From: the human T2T-CHM13v2.0 reference genome, Homo sapiens
NCBI RefSeq assembly: GCF_009914755.1
Contig: NC_060929.1
DNA length: 64,000 nt
Strand: one strand, 5' to 3'
In this document: positions 13,021-25,784 of the stretch, piece by piece
Layout of the letters: each line of letters begins with the position of its first letter
How positions within the stretch are numbered: the first letter of the stretch is position 1
Notes under the pieces: model-generated
The model's input: only the letters and a program-made list of their open reading frames with translations
What the model was told of the DNA's origin: nothing
The model's database searches: none
Program-made: the position numbers and the translations under genes

Positions 13021-13439
13021 TCATTATACCTACATGACAACATTTTAGTCCACCCCCAAGAGTATATTTGTATTTCCACAGGGTCTTCTAATGATATTTT
13101 GTCTTGACTCCGAAAGGGACCCTTAAGGTTGAAGATTCTGATATTCTGACATAGTAGCAGGTGAGCTCAACAATTTGGGGGCAGGTAAGGCTTTTGTAGC
13201 AAATCAGAGCAAACCATGTAAGTGTCTAGGGAGTCCCATTTAGAAATAAATAAATCTAACACCTACCTTTGGAAACTTTTAGTTTAATTTGGAAAGTCAG
13301 GACCAACAGGGATGAAAAGTGTTTGAGACAGGTTTAGAGAAAAAAGTGATGGGTGTCACTTTTTAATTAAAACAAATTTTAAACCTCCATCCTCTTCACC
13401 CCTACAACAACAACAACAACAAAATACTAAACTATACTA

Positions 13440-13845
13440 TTTATGGAGGTGGGAACTTACCTTCTATGGGCTGGCAAAAGTAAGTAGATTGACCAAAAAA
13501 TAGCAAGGATTATTAATAAATGCTATGAGAGAAACAAACTAAGGGTGAAGACAACCAAGTAGGGCTACTTCAGGTACAGTCAAGAAAAGCCTCTCAGACA
13601 AGCTGGCATTAGTCTTAGACCTGAAGTATGAGGATGGCCCAGCCATGTGAAGAAGCAGGGGACAGCACCCAGGACAAGAAGGCAACACATGCAAAGGCTG
13701 TGATTCCTGGGGTGAGCTTGAGGTGCCTGAAGGATGGTCAGGGAAAGATAGTGTGGAACAAAGTAAATTGGAAAGGCAGGCTGGAACCCTGAAAGTCTCC
13801 ATAGAGTCTGGATTTTATTCTAAGTGTAATGAGGATCACTTGAAG
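13440..13845 (-). mobile_element. L2 (left part; continues at 18816)
   Basis: aaaagcctctcagac...cagccatgtgaaga...tggattttattctaagtgtaatgagg. Confidence 0.8.
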
Positions 13846-15028
13846 TTTATGAAATTTACATATGCTGAAATGTACAGAGCTTGAGTGTGCCATTCTACCA
13901 GGAGTGATAAGTCCATATGCCCTACAACAAATTCCCTAGTCACAACATAGAATATTCCCATCAACCCAGGAAGTTCCCTTATGCCTTTTTCCAATCAATT
14001 ACCACCCCCAATAGGCAATCACTCTTCTGATTTCCATCACCATATATATGTTTTGCCTATTCTTAACTTCATATAAATAAAATCATACACTATGTATTGT
14101 TTTGTGTCTCGCTTTCCCTCAGCATAGTGTTTTTGAGATTCATCCAAGTTGTTCATTCCTTTGTATTGCTAAGTAACATTCTATTGTATAAATGTTCATA
14201 ATTGGCTTATCCATTCTGTTGAAGGGCTTCCCCCAGCCCCCAGGTTTTGGCCATTATAAATAAAGCTGCTATAAACATTTCTATATAAGTCTTTTTGAGG
14301 ACTTCTCCTAGGTAAATAACTAGGAGTGGAATTGCTGGATCACAGACTAGGTATATTATTATTTTCTTTTATGTTTTGAATTAATTAGCTTTATTGTGGT
14401 ATAATTTACATACAATAAAATTCACCCTATTTTAAGTAAATTATTTGATGAGTTTTGACAAATACATGCAGTGTGTAACCATCACCACCATCATAATATA
14501 GAACTTTTACATCATTCCCCAAATTTTCTCATGCCTCTTTGCAATCAATGTCCTTCCCCTACTCATTGTCCTTGGCAGTCATTGATTTGCTCTCTGTCAT
14601 CACAGTTTTACATTTCCTAGACTTTCATATATTAATGAAATCATATGTTATACTGTCTTTTATGTCTCACTTCTTTTACTTATAATGCTTTTGATATTTA
14701 TCCATATTGATACATGTATTACTAGTTCACTCCTTTAAATTGCTGAGTAGTATTCCATTGTATGGATATGATACCATTTGTTCATCCATTCATTCATCAG
14801 TTGATACACATTTAGGATGTTTTCAGTTTGGGGCTGTTATGAAAAAAGTTGCTATAAATATTTAAATATGATTTTTAAGAGTGAAATTGCTTAGTTATGT
14901 GCTAAGTATATGTTAACTTATATGAAAGTGAAAAATATATTCCAATGTAGCTGTTCATTTTACATTTCCACTAGCAATGCCAGAGAGTTCCAGGGGCCTC
15001 ACAACCTTCTTAAATTTTGACAATTCTA

Positions 15029-15177
15029 GGCCGGGCACAGTGGCTTATGCCTGTAATCACAGCAGTTTGTGGGAGGCCAAGGAGGGAGGATTGTTTGAGC
15101 CTAGGAGTTTGAGACTAGCCTGAGCAACATAGTGAGACCCCATCTCTACTAAAAATATAAAATAAAATAAAATAAAA
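15029..15177 (+). mobile_element. FLAM / Alu left monomer
   Basis: Single Alu monomer with (AAAAT)n tail; approximate TSD aaattttgacaattcta / aaatttgaccattcta. Confidence 0.9.
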
Positions 15178-17954
15178 TTTGACCATTCTAGTTAGTGTGT
15201 AGCAGAATGTTATTTGATTTGGCTTTTGACAATTTGATTATGGTTTCTCTAGGTGTCAGTCTCTTTGGCTTTATCTTACTTGGAGTTTGTTGAGCTTCTT
15301 GGATATGTAGGTTAATGTCATTGTTGGTTTTTTTTTTTCGTCAAATGGAAAATTTGGTGATTATTTCTCCAAATACTCTTTCTACCCCTTACCTACCTTG
15401 TCCCCACTCCCATTTGGCATCTCTTGGTATGCTTGGTGTTATTTCATGGGTCTCTGATGTTCTGTTGATTTTCCTCCATTTTCTTCCCTTTTTATTCTTC
15501 AGACTGAGTCATTTCAATTGACCTATCAAGATGCTAATTAATATTTGCAAATTCTTTCTTTAGCCAGTTCACATATGTGGTAGAGCCCCTCTGGTGGATT
15601 TTCGCTTCAGCTATTATGCTTTTCTACTCCAGAACTTGTATTTGGTTCTTTTACATAATTTCTATCTCCTTAGTGATAGTCTCTATTTGGTGAGCTATTA
15701 GTCTCATAATTTCCTTTAGTATTTTGGACATGGCATATTTTAGTTCTTTAAAGACATTTAAAATAACTGATTTAAATTATTTGTCTAGTAAGTCTAATGT
15801 CTGTGCTTTTTCAGACAGTTTCTATTGTTTGCTTTTTTTCCCTGTATATGGGTCATATTTTCTTATTTCTTTACATATTTCATAATTTTTTGAAAACTGT
15901 TATTTTAAATAACATAATGCTGCAAATCTGGAAGTCAGTTTCTCTCCCCTTTCTAGGATTTTTTGTTGTTGCTGCTGCTTTCTGTTGTAGTTATTGTTTG
16001 TTTAATGAACTTTACTGACCTAATTCTATCAAATCTGCATTCTTTGTTGAGGGTGGCCACTGAAGTCACAGCTTAATTAGCTTACTGGACAGCTAATGAC
16101 TGTGCAAATATTGTCTTAAGTGCCTAGAACAAATAAGTCACCCAGTTTTTGCAAAGCAGCTATGTGTGAATACAGGAGCATTCTCTGAACACTTAGCAAG
16201 AGAGTTGACAGCTCCACCTCAGCCCTCAATTTTCTCTTTCATGGAGCCTCATGGTCAGCCAGAAGTGAGAGCTTAGGGCCTTCTCAGGCCTTTCCTGTCA
16301 CTGTCCCATGCACATGGCTTCTTAGATATTCAGGAATATGTCAGAGCTTTTCAGAGCCCCTATGGACATCTCATTCCTCAGATTTTCCCTTTAGGCTCTT
16401 TGGTTAATCAATTGTTTGCCCAAGCTTTATCCAGTACCTCAGACAGCCATGATGATAAGCAGCTGCCAGTAACTATCTCTGACAAATGCCCCCAGGGAGG
16501 CACTGGCTGCGCTCTGACTCAGGTAAATAAATACAGCCTTGCTATTGAAGTCTTCCAGGGAACCACCAGACAGGTCAAATGACAATTCTCTGGGAGTGGG
16601 ATTTTAAAGGAGCTCTAACCCTACCTATTCTGCCCCTTCCAGTGGCTGCCAGGTTGCTGGTTTTCACTGTGATGTGGGGCTGTTAGTTTTCAAGGCTAAA
16701 GTGAAGCTGGAGAATGGGGATGGGAGTAGGTCAACTTACAATGCCACAAAGCTCATTGTTCTTCATAAGGTTCACCTGTTTTTCTTGAATAACTGCTTCC
16801 CAGATTCACACAAGACTTTGGTTAATTCCTAGAATTCTGAAAGAGTTAATCCTGACCATTATTGCAAGTTTTCTCATTGCTTTTACAGAGGAATTTTCAA
16901 AGACGCTTACTTTGCCATTTTTCTCACTTGGCTTTATTTTGCATTGTCCTAATGACTGATGATATTGAAGAGCTTTTCATATGCTTTTTTGTCATTCTCA
17001 TAGACTGGGGAAACATCTGCCTAAATCTTTTTACATTAAAAAATTACATTACATTCTTGTTAATGAGTTTTGAAAATTCTTTCTATATTTTGTATACAAA
17101 CATATCTCTCTACCAGAGATATGTTTGGCCAATATTTTCTCCCAGTTTGTAGCATGTATTTTCAGTTTTGTAACGGTATATTTTATAAAGCAATTTATTT
17201 TTATTTGGCTGAAGTCTAATTTATCATTTTTTTTTCCTTTTATGGTTAATGCCTGTGTCCTGTCTAAGAAATCCTTCCCTAACCTAAGGTCACAAGGTTT
17301 TCTTCTAGAAGTCTTATAATGTTAGTTTTATGATTAGGTTTATGATCCACTTTGAGTTAATTTTTGTATCTGGTGTGAGGTTCATTTTTGTAAAGGTATA
17401 TTCACTTGTTCATGAACCATTTATTGAAAAGACTATCCTGCTCCTCATTAAATGTCTTTCACACCTTTATCAAAAATCAATTTACCATATGTAGTGATTC
17501 TATTTCTGGATCCTCTATTCTGTCTCATTTTTGTGTATGTCTATGCTTACACCATTATCACACTGTTTAATTAAAATAGTAAGTCTTGAAATTATATGGT
17601 ATAAGTCTTCTAATTTTGTTTTTTTTTTTTTGATAGGTGCATATTTATAAAAAACTTCCCACAGTATTCCAAAGTAGATGTGCCATTTTATCCTCCAAAC
17701 AGCAATGTATTAGAGTTCCAGTGGTTTCCAAAGCCCCTGTCAACATTTGGATTGTCCGTCCTTTTTGATTTTAGCCATCCTAATGGGTATGAGATAATAT
17801 CTCATTGAAATGTTAATTTGCCTTTCCTTGATAATTAATGACTTAGAGCACCTTTTCATTTGCTTTCTGTCCTTACATATGTCTTCTTTAGTGACGTGTT
17901 TTGTAAAGTTTCTTTAATTGAGGTTTTGGTCTTTTAATTATTGATTTGTAAAAT

Positions 17955-18393
<439 letters not shown>

Positions 18394-18704
18394 TCTTCCA
18401 TTTTCTTAACTGTGTTTTCTGATGAGCATTAAGCTTTTAATTTTGATGAAGTCCATTTGATTTTTTTCTTTAATCATTAGTGCTTTTTGTTTTGCCTTTC
18501 CCAAGGTTGTGAGTGACTTTCTTAACGTTTTAAAATAGAAACAGCACACTTTTAGCTTTTATGTTTGGATTTATGATTCATTTTGAATTATATTTTTGGC
18601 CATTATAGTGGTTAGTTGTTGTTTTTTTCAGATGTTTATCCAGTTGTTTCTGAGCCAGCTCCTTTCTCGCTTTGAACTGCCTTGGTGCTTTCTTGAAGCA
18701 TTTT

Positions 18705-18815
18705 TTTTCTTAAATTTTTATTTTATTTAATCTTCACAGCAATGCCACTGGGTTAATATTAGCACCATTATATTTATTTATTTATTTATTTTATTATACT
18801 TTAAGAATATACATC
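18705..18815 (-). mobile_element. Short retrotransposed insert: L1PA 3' tip, (AAAT)n, MIR-like flank and second poly-A (putative 3' transduction)
   Basis: 13-bp direct repeat cttgaagcatttt at 18692-18704 and 18816-18828; ttattatactttaag (L1PA 3' terminus, reverse) at 18791-18805. Confidence 0.65.
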
Positions 18816-18985
18816 CTTGAAGCATTTTAAGCAGAGAAGTACTATGATGCATTTGCTGATGTGAGGAATATGGACTGGAGGTAGTAGGGAGATCAGTTAG
18901 GAGGCGACTGCAGCAGTCCAGGAGTGTTGTGATCGTGGTTGCAGTCAAGGCAGCAGTAGTGGAGATGGGGAGAAGAGGAAGTCAC
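18816..18985 (-). mobile_element. L2 (continuation of the 13440-13845 element)
   Basis: tgaagcattttaagcag...ggagatcagttaggaggcgactgcagcagtccagg. Confidence 0.8.
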
Positions 18986-19239
18986 ATTGTTAGTCCAGAT
19001 TGTTGGACACTGATTTTTGTTGATCCTGCATGCTTCCCACTTTCACCAGTCTCTACAGTTTCAGCACACAGAAAGGGACAACACAATGTGATAGGCCAAT
19101 TCCATGAATGATGAGTCAAGGGTTAGCAGTTTCAGTCCAGGCTCTGCCACTAAATCTTAACTAACCTTATGAAAAGAGCATTTTCTCATAAAAAACTAGG
19201 TCATTAATGATGTTGTCTTTCATACTAAAATGATATAAT

Positions 19240-20180
19240 TCTATGCTGTTTTCTGAATGCTCCAGGAAAGGTGGCCAATGAATTCCTGATGTCAATAAAC
19301 TCTTTTTTATCTTTACCTTATCTGAGCTCTCTGTAACACTAGGGACTTCACCAACCATTCCTTTCCTCTTGAAATTCTCATTTTCCTGGGCTTCCATGCC
19401 TCTACTCTCCTGATTCCCCAATTTTCTCTCTGGTCAGTTTTTCCCAGTCTCCATTGCTGCTTCCACTCCCATTTGCACAACTTCTAAATGTTGGCCTTAC
19501 CAGGAGTCTTACCGTGGGCACATTCTAATTCCACATCTCTTCTGGGTCATCTCTTTCATATTCATGACTTCAGGTATCTAGATACTATTTCTTCAGGTAT
19601 CTAGATGCTATTTTACATATTGCTTTTTTCTTTTTTTGAGACAGAGTCTTGCTCTGTTGCCCAGAGTAGTGACGCAATCTCGGCTCACTGCAACCTCCGC
19701 CACCCAGGTTCAAGTGATTCTCATGCCTCAGCCTCCCAAGCAGGGGGGACCACAGGCTCAGGCCACCACACCCAGCTAATTTTTGTATTTTTAGTAGAGA
19801 CAAGGTTTCACATGTTGGACAGGCTGGTCTCAAACTCCTGACCTCATGTGATCCACCCACCTTGGCCTCCCAAAGTGCTGGGATTACAGGGTGATACTAT
19901 TTCACACATTTCTATCACCAGATGATATCTTTCTCTCTTGAATTCTGAACTTACGTAGTTAACGTTTACCTGGTCATCTGTACCCAGCTATGTCCTAAGT
20001 CCAAAATTTAACTCATTAACATATCCTCCAAAACAATCTCCCCTCCTTGATTCCTGTTTTGATGACTTCTATTTCTACCTACCCAACCTCCCAAGTCAGA
20101 TGCCTGAGAGTCATTCTAAACTCCTTTCTCTCCTTGACTGTCCACAACCAATCCCAAACACTTCCCTTCCCTTTCCTAAA
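19240..20180 (+). mobile_element. L2 remnant (interrupted by Alu)
   Basis: ctttaccttatctgagctctctg...ttcctcttgaaattctc...cctgagagtcattctaaactcctttctctcc. Confidence 0.7.
19624..19891 (-). mobile_element. AluS, slightly 5'-truncated
   Basis: Reverse Alu ending at gggattacagg; approximate TSD gatgctattttacatatt / gatactatttcacacatt. Confidence 0.93.
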
Positions 20181-20189
20181 TATTTTTCA

Positions 20190-20304
20190 TGTTCTTATCC
20201 ACGTTGGAAGGCTTATGAAAAAGGGTCACTATTAGTAATAATGCAAAGATAACCAGCGTAAACCAGTACGATTCTGGGCAAACAGCAATGTATGATTAGC
20301 CTAA
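20190..20304. mobile_element. MER94-like hAT-Blackjack MITE
   Basis: aagggtcactattagtaataat...gcgtaaaccag...gggcaaac...gtatgattagccta. Confidence 0.55.
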
Positions 20305-20504
20305 AGTTGAGAAACAGAAATAATTCATTCCAGAGTGGTTTGAGAAAGCACATTGCTCTCGAAGAACTGAGAGAATTACAGTCTGCTTGGTCTAGGATGT
20401 GTGATGGGGACTTATACAGTGAGAGATGAAGCTGGAAAAGTCATTGCAATACCAGATTCTGCAGGTGTAAAATGTTTCTCACCTTGAAATTATCCATGAG
20501 TGGT

Positions 20505-20998
20505 AGACAGTACTGGTTGCTTGCTTAGAATTCATTTTCTTTCCTTCCTAGCAAAAGCCATCTCCCATGTAACCACATGCTTCAGGAGAAGCTGACCCTA
20601 CACCTAGCTCCACTGGTGAGTCTAATTGGTCCAAGGGTCGTCTTGGTCCCTTTGCCAGAGATTGGCTTATGGGGTGAATGATCCAACTCCAGCCAATGAA
20701 ACATTAGGGGAATCTGCTGAAGGATTTCCAAAAAGAGTTTCCTCATTCCAAACAGAAAACCATAAGAAAGGAATGTCATGCCTATAATTGCTGCAGCTAT
20801 TTTAATTCCAAGTATGAGGTTGAAACAATCATGGATGGCCAAGTGAAGAGATGGAAAAAGCAGGATTCAGGATAACTTTGTGAGTTGCTAAGTTACCAGC
20901 CCCTGCCCTACTTCTGGACTTCTGAAATATGATATGATACTTGCTTTCTTACTTAAGTTGGGTTTTTCTGTTACTTATAGCCAATGACACTCCGATAT
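20505..20998 (+). mobile_element. MaLR solo LTR MLT1J/K-like
   Basis: ttcaggagaagctgaccc...ccagccaatga...cttctggacttct...gggtttttctgttacttatagcc. Confidence 0.75.
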
Positions 20999-21293
20999 GC
21001 CATGAAATTTAAGAATGTGAAGTAATGGCCTTGACTTTCGCAGAACTGGAAGGAGTGTGACTGCCATGTCACTTACTGTCACTATCACTTGTTTGACAAT
21101 TACGGCTGCTATTTATCTTACCTTGTGTTGTTGCTTATCCTTCCATATGATTATGTTGAGTATCCATCTAATCTGGAACTTTAAAAAATCAAAGTCAGTG
21201 ATAGATCTTTTACTTCTTTGTAGGCCCATAATCCATTACATAACCCACACATTTTTGTCAATTATTGACTTCCCCCTTATTCTACCCACATAG

Positions 21294-21494
21294 ATTTTTT
21301 TGGAAGATGACCAAAATGCTATCTCTATTTGGAGATAATAATTAGTCTCATCTTCATTGGCTTCTTCTCGAATGCGGAGGGAATTATCGGATGAGTACAT
21401 TGGAACATGGTCGCCATGTGGCCTGCTGCCCCCGTGTACCACTTGGAGACCAGCCTAGCATGGAAATGACCAGATGTTGGAAGCTGAGCTACTG
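21294..21494 (+). ncRNA. Candidate non-coding exon A
   Basis: ttgac branch-like motif, pyrimidine tract and tag acceptor (21293); ctg|gtgagt donor (21495); stops in all three frames. Confidence 0.35.
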
Positions 21495-21689
21495 GTGAGT
21501 GAAATAAATAAGTTAGCTGTCCCACTTCCCATCTGCATGGACAGCTTCTGCATTGCGAAACTGCAGGTGCTTGTCATTTCACATGGCAGCAGTTAATCTC
21601 TTAACCCCTTCCTAAACTTGGCATTGGAAAGCCCTAGATGGCCAATTAGGCTGTGTGGGTGTATGTACACTAGTGCCCATCTGCCACAG

Positions 21690-21783
21690 GAATGGAAGCA
21701 GTGGCTCAACTCACATCAGTACCCAGATACACAGATGCTCCGGGATCTGAGGAAGTGACCTATAGAAAATGAAAAATGACCAG
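21690..21783 (+). ncRNA. Candidate non-coding exon B
   Basis: cccatctgccacag|g acceptor and cag|gtaaag donor, 195 bp downstream of exon A. Confidence 0.3.
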
Positions 21784-22104
21784 GTAAAGGCAATACGAAG
21801 GGAAGTAGAGGGGCTTATTAGGCAGCTCTGGACAAGCAGAGAAAAGTGATGGTTCAACACGTAGGGTGCGCCAAAAATGGGCTTGTTTCACTGGTTATTT
21901 GAACACAGAAGCAGGGCTGTCTCCCTCTCTCTCTCTCTTTCTCTCCATTCATTAATTATTTTTCTGAGTAGGCTAATAATATATGCTTTTTGTGAAACAT
22001 TTGAGAAATGGAAGAAAGTATAAGAAAAAAATAAAAATCACTTATACATGTATCTTCTAATATTTCATTATATCTAAACAGGCCCTTTTCTTTCTAGTTT
22101 TGTG

Positions 22105-23255
22105 ATCATTTATTCAGTCAACATTTCCACAAATATTTAATGCATTTTGTATGTGTCAGGCACCATACCAGGCACTAAGAATATAGTCGTGATCAATAAT
22201 TGGCATAATTCCTTATCTCATAGAACTTTGGGTCTAGCAGAAGTGACATATAAACACACAACTGCATTAAGAATTATTTAATCTCAAATTTCACAAGCTC
22301 TGCAAAGAACAAGTACTAAGTCTTCGGGAAGAATTGGGAAGTCTGGATGTAGGGAGTGAACCTAAAAGAAAAACTTTGAAGCTGAGACTAGACTAGTCAG
22401 AAACTGCTGGCCAGGGGTGAATGTGTTGGTCCTAGAGGGGTAGAGTAGGGGCACGCTAGGAATAGAAAGGAAAATTGCTGGTGGAGGGAACAGCTTGCCT
22501 GAGGTCCTGATGAGGAGACAGTGACTAGATGGGGGTGAAATGGCTTTGTGGAAATTAGAAAGAAAAATAGGAGCCAGATCCTACAAGACAAGTGTTGACA
22601 AACAATAGCCCAGAGGCCAAATCCAGCACCCCACCTGTTTTTGTAAATAAAATTTTATTGGAACAGAGCCACACCCACTCATTTATATGTCTGTGGTTGT
22701 TTTCACACCATGCTGGCAGTGATGAATAGTTGTTACAGAGACTGCAGGGTCCACATAGCTTAAAATATTTACTATCTGGCCCTTTCCAGAAAACTTTGCT
22801 GACCTCTGCTATGGGGTTTTGTGGCTGAGCGTATGGTGGAATTCTTTTATCACAAGTACAATGGAAAGGCTTTGAGACGAAAGCAAGGAAGACATCATCA
22901 GATTTTTCTTTAAAAGAACTCTAGCTATGGAAGCATGTAGAGATTAGAACTGGGGACTCTGGGTGGATATTGGGCATCTAAGAGTATCCAGGAGACAGTG
23001 GTTGATGGTTTGGACTCCATTTGTGCCAAGTGGGCACAGGAAAAAAGAGACAGATTTGAGATCTCTTTAGCATTTGTATCAGACAGGACTTGGTGGCTGA
23101 TTGGGGAGGGGAAGTAAGGATAGAGAGGTGTTCAGGAACACCCAGGTTTCTGCCTGGTGCACCTGCATGGATGAGGGTGTCATCAACCAGATGGGGAGCC
23201 ATGGAGGAGAAGCAAGATTGAGAGGGAAAGTCAGGAGGTTTTAGTGCCTGTCTAG
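22105..23255 (-). mobile_element. L2 (interrupted by MER58A)
   Basis: catttattcagtcaac..aaatatttaatgc...tgtgtcaggcacc; gacaggacttggtggctgattgg. Confidence 0.8.
22589..22809. mobile_element. MER58A hAT MITE
   Basis: gccaaatccagc..cacctgtttttgtaaataaaattttattggaacagagccacaccc...tatctggccctttccagaaa. Confidence 0.9.
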
Positions 23256-23346
23256 TTTAATCACAATGGGTAATACAATAAATCCCCTATTAATGAACAT
23301 GTAGATTTTTTCTATTATTTTTCTTTTTTAAATAATGCTGCAATGC

Positions 23347-23948
23347 AGCAAAAGGAACAGTCAGCAGAGTAAATAGACAACCCACAGAGTGGGAGAAATC
23401 TTCACAATCTATACATCTGGCAAAGAACTAATATCCAGAATCTACAGCGAACTCAAACAAATCAGTAAGAAAAAATAAACAATCCCATCAAAAAGTGGGC
23501 TAAGCACATGAGTAGACAATTCTCGAAAGAAGACATACAAATGGCCAACAAACATATGAAAAAAATGCTCAAAATCACTAATGATCAGGGAAATGCAAAT
23601 CAAAACCACAATGCAATACAACCTTACTCCTGCAAGAATGACCATAATAAAAAAATAAAAAAAATTAGATGTTGGACTGGAGGCAGTGAACAGGGAACAC
23701 TTCTACACTCCTGGTGGGAATGTTAACTAGTACAGCCAGTATGGAAAACACTGCGGAGATTCCTTAAAGAACTGAAAGTAGAACTACCATTTGATCCGGC
23801 AATCCCACTACTGGGTATCTACCCAGAGGAAAAGAAGTCATTATTTGAAAAAGACACTTGCACAGGCATGTTTATAGTGGCACAATTCACAATAGCAAAA
23901 TCGTGGAAGCAACCCAAATGCCCATCAGTCGACGAATGAATAAAGAAA

Positions 23949-23997
<49 letters not shown>

Positions 23998-24072
23998 TAT
24001 ATATACACACACACATATATAAACATATATGTATATACACACATATATAAACATATATATACGCATACATAT

Positions 24073-24117
<45 letters not shown>

Positions 24118-24484
24118 GGAATACTATGCAGCCATAAAAAGGAATGAATTGACAGCATTTGCAGTGACCTGGATGACATTGGAGACTATTATTCTAAGTT
24201 AAGTAACTCAGGAATGGCAAAGCAAACATCATATGTTCTCACTGTTACGTGAGAGCTAAGCTACAAGGATGCAAAGGCATAAGAATGATACAATGGACTT
24301 TGGGGACTTGGGGGAAAGGGTGGGAGGGGAGCAAGGGATAAGAGACTACAAATATAGTGTGGTGTGTACCGCTCGGGTGATGGGTGCACCAAAATCTCAC
24401 AAATCACCACTAAAGAACTTACTCATGTAACCAAATACCACCTGTACCCAAATAACTTATGGAAAAAATAAAATAAAATAAAAA
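23347..24484 (+). mobile_element. L1PB1-like, 5'-truncated
   Basis: ORF2 C-terminal remnant ([19 protein letters not shown]) and 3' UTR gatgggtgcaccaaaatctcacaaatcaccactaaagaactt; TSD aaataatgctg(c/t). Confidence 0.9.
23950..24115. repeat. Compound (TA)n/(CA)n microsatellite inside L1PB
   Basis: ~165 bp of almost uninterrupted purine-pyrimidine alternation. Confidence 0.95.
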
Positions 24485-25209
24485 TAATGCTGTGATGAAT
24501 TCATTTGTGCATATATCTCATTGTTTCCTTAGACTACAATCCTAAAAGCAGAATGGCTGGATAAAAGACTACACACATGTTTAATCTCTTTGATCCATAT
24601 TGCTAAATTGTCCTCCAGAATGTTATTTCAATTTATACTTGCACCAGTGCGTGCTGCTGCAGCCATTTTTGGTTCAATAGGCACCAAATTGCTCTAGGGT
24701 TGGGTGTCAGAATCTGTCCTATGTCTTAAAATAAAACAAAAAAAATCTCTATTGCTTCCAGCTCAAGGTATTAATGCTTGAAAGATATTCCATGTTTGAA
24801 GGGATTTTTGTGGTGCTGGCCTACAAGTTGACCTTTTTGACGTGAATAAGAAACATTCTTCAAAACTGTGGTTGACATCCAAGGTAGGAATTCTGGCACA
24901 AGAATCTTTCGAGTTCCATTTCTCCTTGGTGTGATAAAAGGTAACTTACAACCCGAGTCACATTAAGCCCCTAATACATGTGAGCTGGTGTTCCAGGCCA
25001 CATCTTCTGTCTGTCTCCAGAGAGGATTTTGTTTTTTGTGGCACACCCATCACCTGCCACACTCCACAGCCACACCGCACACTCCACAGTTTCAGCTGCC
25101 ACCTAGTAGCAGCCAGACTCATGAAGCCTTTTGGCACAAGGCCTAGGTTTGCAGCATCAGGGAAGCCTTCTGGGGTGACCATGTCGGGAAAGGGAGGTCT
25201 GATGTTGAA

Positions 25210-25370
25210 GCCAGGCAACCTTGGATATGAATCCCAGTTATATCTATTAGTTGTTTTCTATCTTGTTAGGTCATGTAACTGCTCTGCCTTCACTTTCTTG
25301 TCTGTAAAATGGGAGATTTTTATAGCTAGCTCAGAAATTGTTGGGAAGAGTAGTGACAAGGCCCAGCAGA
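25210..25370 (+). mobile_element. MIR SINE
   Basis: aactgctctgccttcactttcttgtctgtaaaatggg. Confidence 0.6.
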
Positions 25371-25784
25371 TGCTGAAAAATAAAGCTGGGGAGTGGGAGA
25401 GGGTCTGTGGAATTTGGGGGGCGTCTGCCCTTGCACTTCAGCCCCGTAAACTCTGAGACCCTAAAGTCTCAGAGTTAATCACAGCTCAATACACCAAATT
25501 AATCATAGTCCTTTATTTAAGAAGGAAGAAATAATGAGTGAGTTTAATTTTCCAATCCCACTTTAGGCGGTCAGCTCTCAACCCTGAGTTCTAGTTTGAT
25601 TGCACTGTGGTCAGCTCTCAAGTAGAGGAAGATAATCATGGGTAAGGCGTGCTGCAGGGCCTGTTTTCTGCAGATGTCTTTCTCACTAGCCGAATGTTCC
25701 ACCTGAAATTCCAGCATGTATCTTGTTGTCTCCAAGATGCCCTTGTTAAAATACAGATATCTTTAAGGGAAGCTGCTAGACGTT

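Larger units (their letters stand above)
21955..24660 (-). mobile_element. Fragmented L1MC/ME host element (21955-22100, 23270-23346, 24485-24660)
   Basis: gaaacatttgagaaat..gaaagtataagaaa; aatcccctattaatgaacat; gctaaattgtcctccagaa. Confidence 0.5.

Noticed and set aside
23819-24179. Cys/Val/Tyr/Ile-rich ORFs
   Set aside because: Translation of the (CA)n/(TA)n microsatellite
25096-25110. CTCF-like motif gctactaggtggcag on the - strand
   Set aside because: The mismatch falls on the nearly invariant second C of the core; not supportable without ChIP data
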